Of a stretch of 64,000 bases of DNA, positions 61,297 to 64,000 are shown piece after piece; the stretch's first letter is position 1; every line of letters begins with the position of its first letter. This DNA is from Psammoneis japonica (Eukaryota). The notes beneath the pieces are model-generated. The model searched no databases and was not told where the DNA came from. It worked only from the letters and a program-made list of their open reading frames with translations. The stretch lies in the NCBI GenBank assembly GCA_008632985.1, contig QPGO01000074.1:310001-374000 (forward strand), written 5' to 3'. The translations under genes were made by a program, and so were the position numbers.

Positions 61297-64000
61297 ATGG
61301 AGCAGCAACAAGACGGCGCCGGAGGCGGCGGTCCGCTGGGCATGGCCAGCATGATGAAGGAAGTCCAAGAGTTGGCCGATAAGTTCAAAGTCGAAGAAGA
61401 CGAGCAATACATTTCTCCGTACGCACATTTGGAAAAAGCCACCGTCTTGCAGGAAGCTCGCATCTTTCACGATCCCAACGCGGTCCGTGAAAACCCCCGC
61501 AAGTGTTGCACCGTGATTGCACAATTGTTGCATTTGCAAAACACGGGACAATTTTTGTCAGGACCGGAAGCGACCGAAGTGTTTTTTGGTGTGACCAAGC
61601 TATTTATGAGTGACGATGCTTCGTTGCGACGCATGGTGTATCTGTTCATCAAGGAGGTGGCGGAAACGTGCAATCCCGACGATGTCATTATCGTCACGTC
61701 GTGTCTGACGAAAGACATGACGTGTGATGTGGACTTGTACCGTGCCAATGCACTGCGTGTGTTGGTGCGGATTGTCGATGCCGCCATGTTGGGTGCGATT
61801 GAACGGTACGTCAAGCAAGCCGTGGTGGATTCGTCGGGACAAGTTTCGAGTTCGGCACTGGTGAGTGCCTTGCATCTCTTTTCGAATTCCCCCGAGTGTG
61901 CCGCTGTGGTGAAACGGTGGATTTCGGAAACGACCGAAGCCACGTCGTCGCAGAATGAAATGGTTCAATTCCATGCCATGCAACTCTTGTATCAAATCAA
62001 GGCACACGATCGTCTCGGCATTTCCAAGCTTGTGACGCAGTACAGTCAACGCAACTCGCTCAAATCACCACTCGCCGTGGTGTTGTTGGTGCGCTACACG
62101 GCCAAGTTACTTCACGATGAAGTTTCCGAAGGACGTTCCGGTACATCTCTCCAAGACGGTTCGCCCATTATGCAATCGGGCTATGCCTTTTTGGAAGCCA
62201 GTCTCCGACACAAATCGGAAATGGTGGTTTACGAAGCCGCCCGGGCCATTTGCAATTTGCCCGGATTGGAACCCCAAGATTTGTCACGGCCATTTCCGTC
62301 TTGCAATTGTTTCTATCGAGTCCCAAGCCCGCCACGCGCTTTGCTGCCATTCGCGTCTTGGCTGCCGTGGCCCATGTCCATCCCCGCATGGTTTCCAAAT
62401 GCAATGAAGATTTGGAGGGATTAATGAGCGATGCCAATCGGTCCATTGCGACCTTGGCCATTACGACTCTACTCAAGACGGGAAGTGAAAATTCCGTCGA
62501 TCGGCTCCTCAAGCAAATCTCGGCGTTCCTGACGGACATTGCCGATGAATACAAGATTACCGTGGTGCGGAGTTTGCAACAACTCTGTCTCACGTACCCG
62601 TCCAAACACCGCGTGTTGGTGGGATTTCTATCCAACTTTTTACGCGAAGAGGGTGGTTTTGATTTCAAAAGGTCCATTGTCAATTCCATTGTTTCGCTCA
62701 TTCGTAGTGTCCGGAAACCACCGAGAGTTCTTTGTTGCATTTGTGTGAATTTATTGAAGATTGTGAATTCACCATGCTTCGACGCAAATTTTGCATCTAT
62801 TGGGAGAACTCGGCCCGACCACGGCGGCACCGGCACGGTATATTCGCTTTATCTACAATCGCGTCATTTTGGAAAACGCCGCCGTCCGTGCCGCCGCTGT
62901 GAGTGCGTTGGCGTCCTTTGCCGCCACGTGTCCGTCGTTACGAGCCAGTGTGCTTGTTCTTTTGAAGAGAAGTTTGGCCGATGAAGATGATGAAACCCGT
63001 GACCGTGCCGCCGTGGCGGTGCATGTCTTGGAGGATGCCATGGCCAAGCACCCCTATGTCGCTCCCGAAGAAGATGCCGAAGCCGAAGACATTGCTCCGG
63101 ACCGTCCCGATGAAAATGATCCGGCTGCCTATGTCTTGCTCGAACCACTTCCCATGTCCTTTGACAAACTCGAACGGAGTCTCAAGTTGTACGCGGCCAC
63201 GGAAATGGACAAGCCCGAGCAAATCACGCTCGATGCACTTCCCGTGGTGGAAGATACACCGGAAGATTTGAAAAAGTCCTCCAGTCACGGTGTGCAAGAT
63301 CAAGACGATGTGGTCGTTCCCGGCATGGCGGCTGTCGCCGAACCCGAACCCGTCGATCCCGCCGCGGATGTCTATGCCATTCCCGAATTGGCATCGCTCG
63401 GACGAGCCTTTCGTTCGTCCATTCCCGTGCCTCTTACCGAGAGTGAAACGGAATATGTCGTGCAATGTGTCAAGCACATTTTCCCCAATCACGTTGTGTT
63501 GCAATTTTTGGTCCAAAACACCATTGAAGACCAACGGCTCGACAATGTCACGGTGGCCATTGATGCGGATTCCGATGTGTTTGCCGTTTCGGGAGAAGTT
63601 GCCGTCGATGGCATTACCTATGGAACTACCAAGAGTTGTTTTACCGTGTTGGAAAAGGCTGGTGATCCCGAACAGGCGTCTCAGTTTGCCTGTGAACTCA
63701 AGTTTACCGTCGTTCAAGTCGATCCAACGACGTTGGAAGAAGAGGGTGATTCGTTTGAAGAAGAGTATCCGTTGGAAGATTTGGAAATTACCACTTCGGA
63801 TTTCATGGCCAAGGTGTCGGTACCCGACTTTCGCAAAGCCTGGGAAACGGTGGGCAATGAGAATGAAGTTCTCGAAAAGTACGCTCTATCCTTCAAGGGT
63901 CTCAAGGATGCCGTCACGGCTGTGTTGTCGTATTTGGGCATGCAACCCTGTGATGGCACGGGCATGGTTAAGCCGGATACCAAGACGCATATGCTGCATT
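61297..64000 (+). CDS. COPG: Coatomer subunit gamma, runs off the window; three apparent 1-nt deletions
   Basis: [99 protein letters not shown]. Confidence 0.97.

Noticed and set aside
62280..62790. Three frameshifts in gamma-COP (about 62288, 62710, 62779) as pseudogenisation or programmed frameshifting
   Set aside because: Each is repaired by adding one base to a short C or T run and the protein is otherwise highly conserved, so long-read indel errors are the simplest explanation.
61297..64000. Low TA content of gamma-COP as part of the hypermutation
   Set aside because: Tyr codons and CpG are intact; low TA is consistent with ordinary codon bias.

Overview
Eukaryotic nuclear DNA, most likely from a pennate diatom (GT-AG introns, bipartite plastid-targeting presequences, a fucoxanthin-chlorophyll LHC gene). 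The window alternates between two compartments. (1) Ordinary gene islands: mTERF, a conserved plastid-targeted protein, a sulfurtransferase, MGDG synthase, an ATAD5/Elg1-like ATPase, NDUFV1, MORN, Sel1, PsbP-like, LHC, PWP2, MYND-RING-TPR, TRIC-like and gamma-COP. (2) Six blocks totalling roughly 25 kb (about 350-3780, 19010-25150, 30370-38700, 41950-44700, 52800-54350, 58300-61010) of transposon or duplicated-gene relics in which the dinucleotide TpA has been almost entirely converted to TpG or CpA. The Ty3/gypsy pol at the left end shows the process codon by codon: conserved Tyr codons have become Cys or His (YLDD reads HLDD, IYTD reads MHAD) while CpG is still abundant. This points to a repeat-targeted, both-strand A:T->G:C hypermutation at TpA, a RIP-like process of opposite polarity that is separable from CpG decay. 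That is the main candidate for an undescribed system; I cannot check the literature or databases. Two MITEs, several internal repeats recording the mutation, and TAG/CTA-rich tracts near some block edges are also present. A few frameshifts in conserved genes look like assembly indels.
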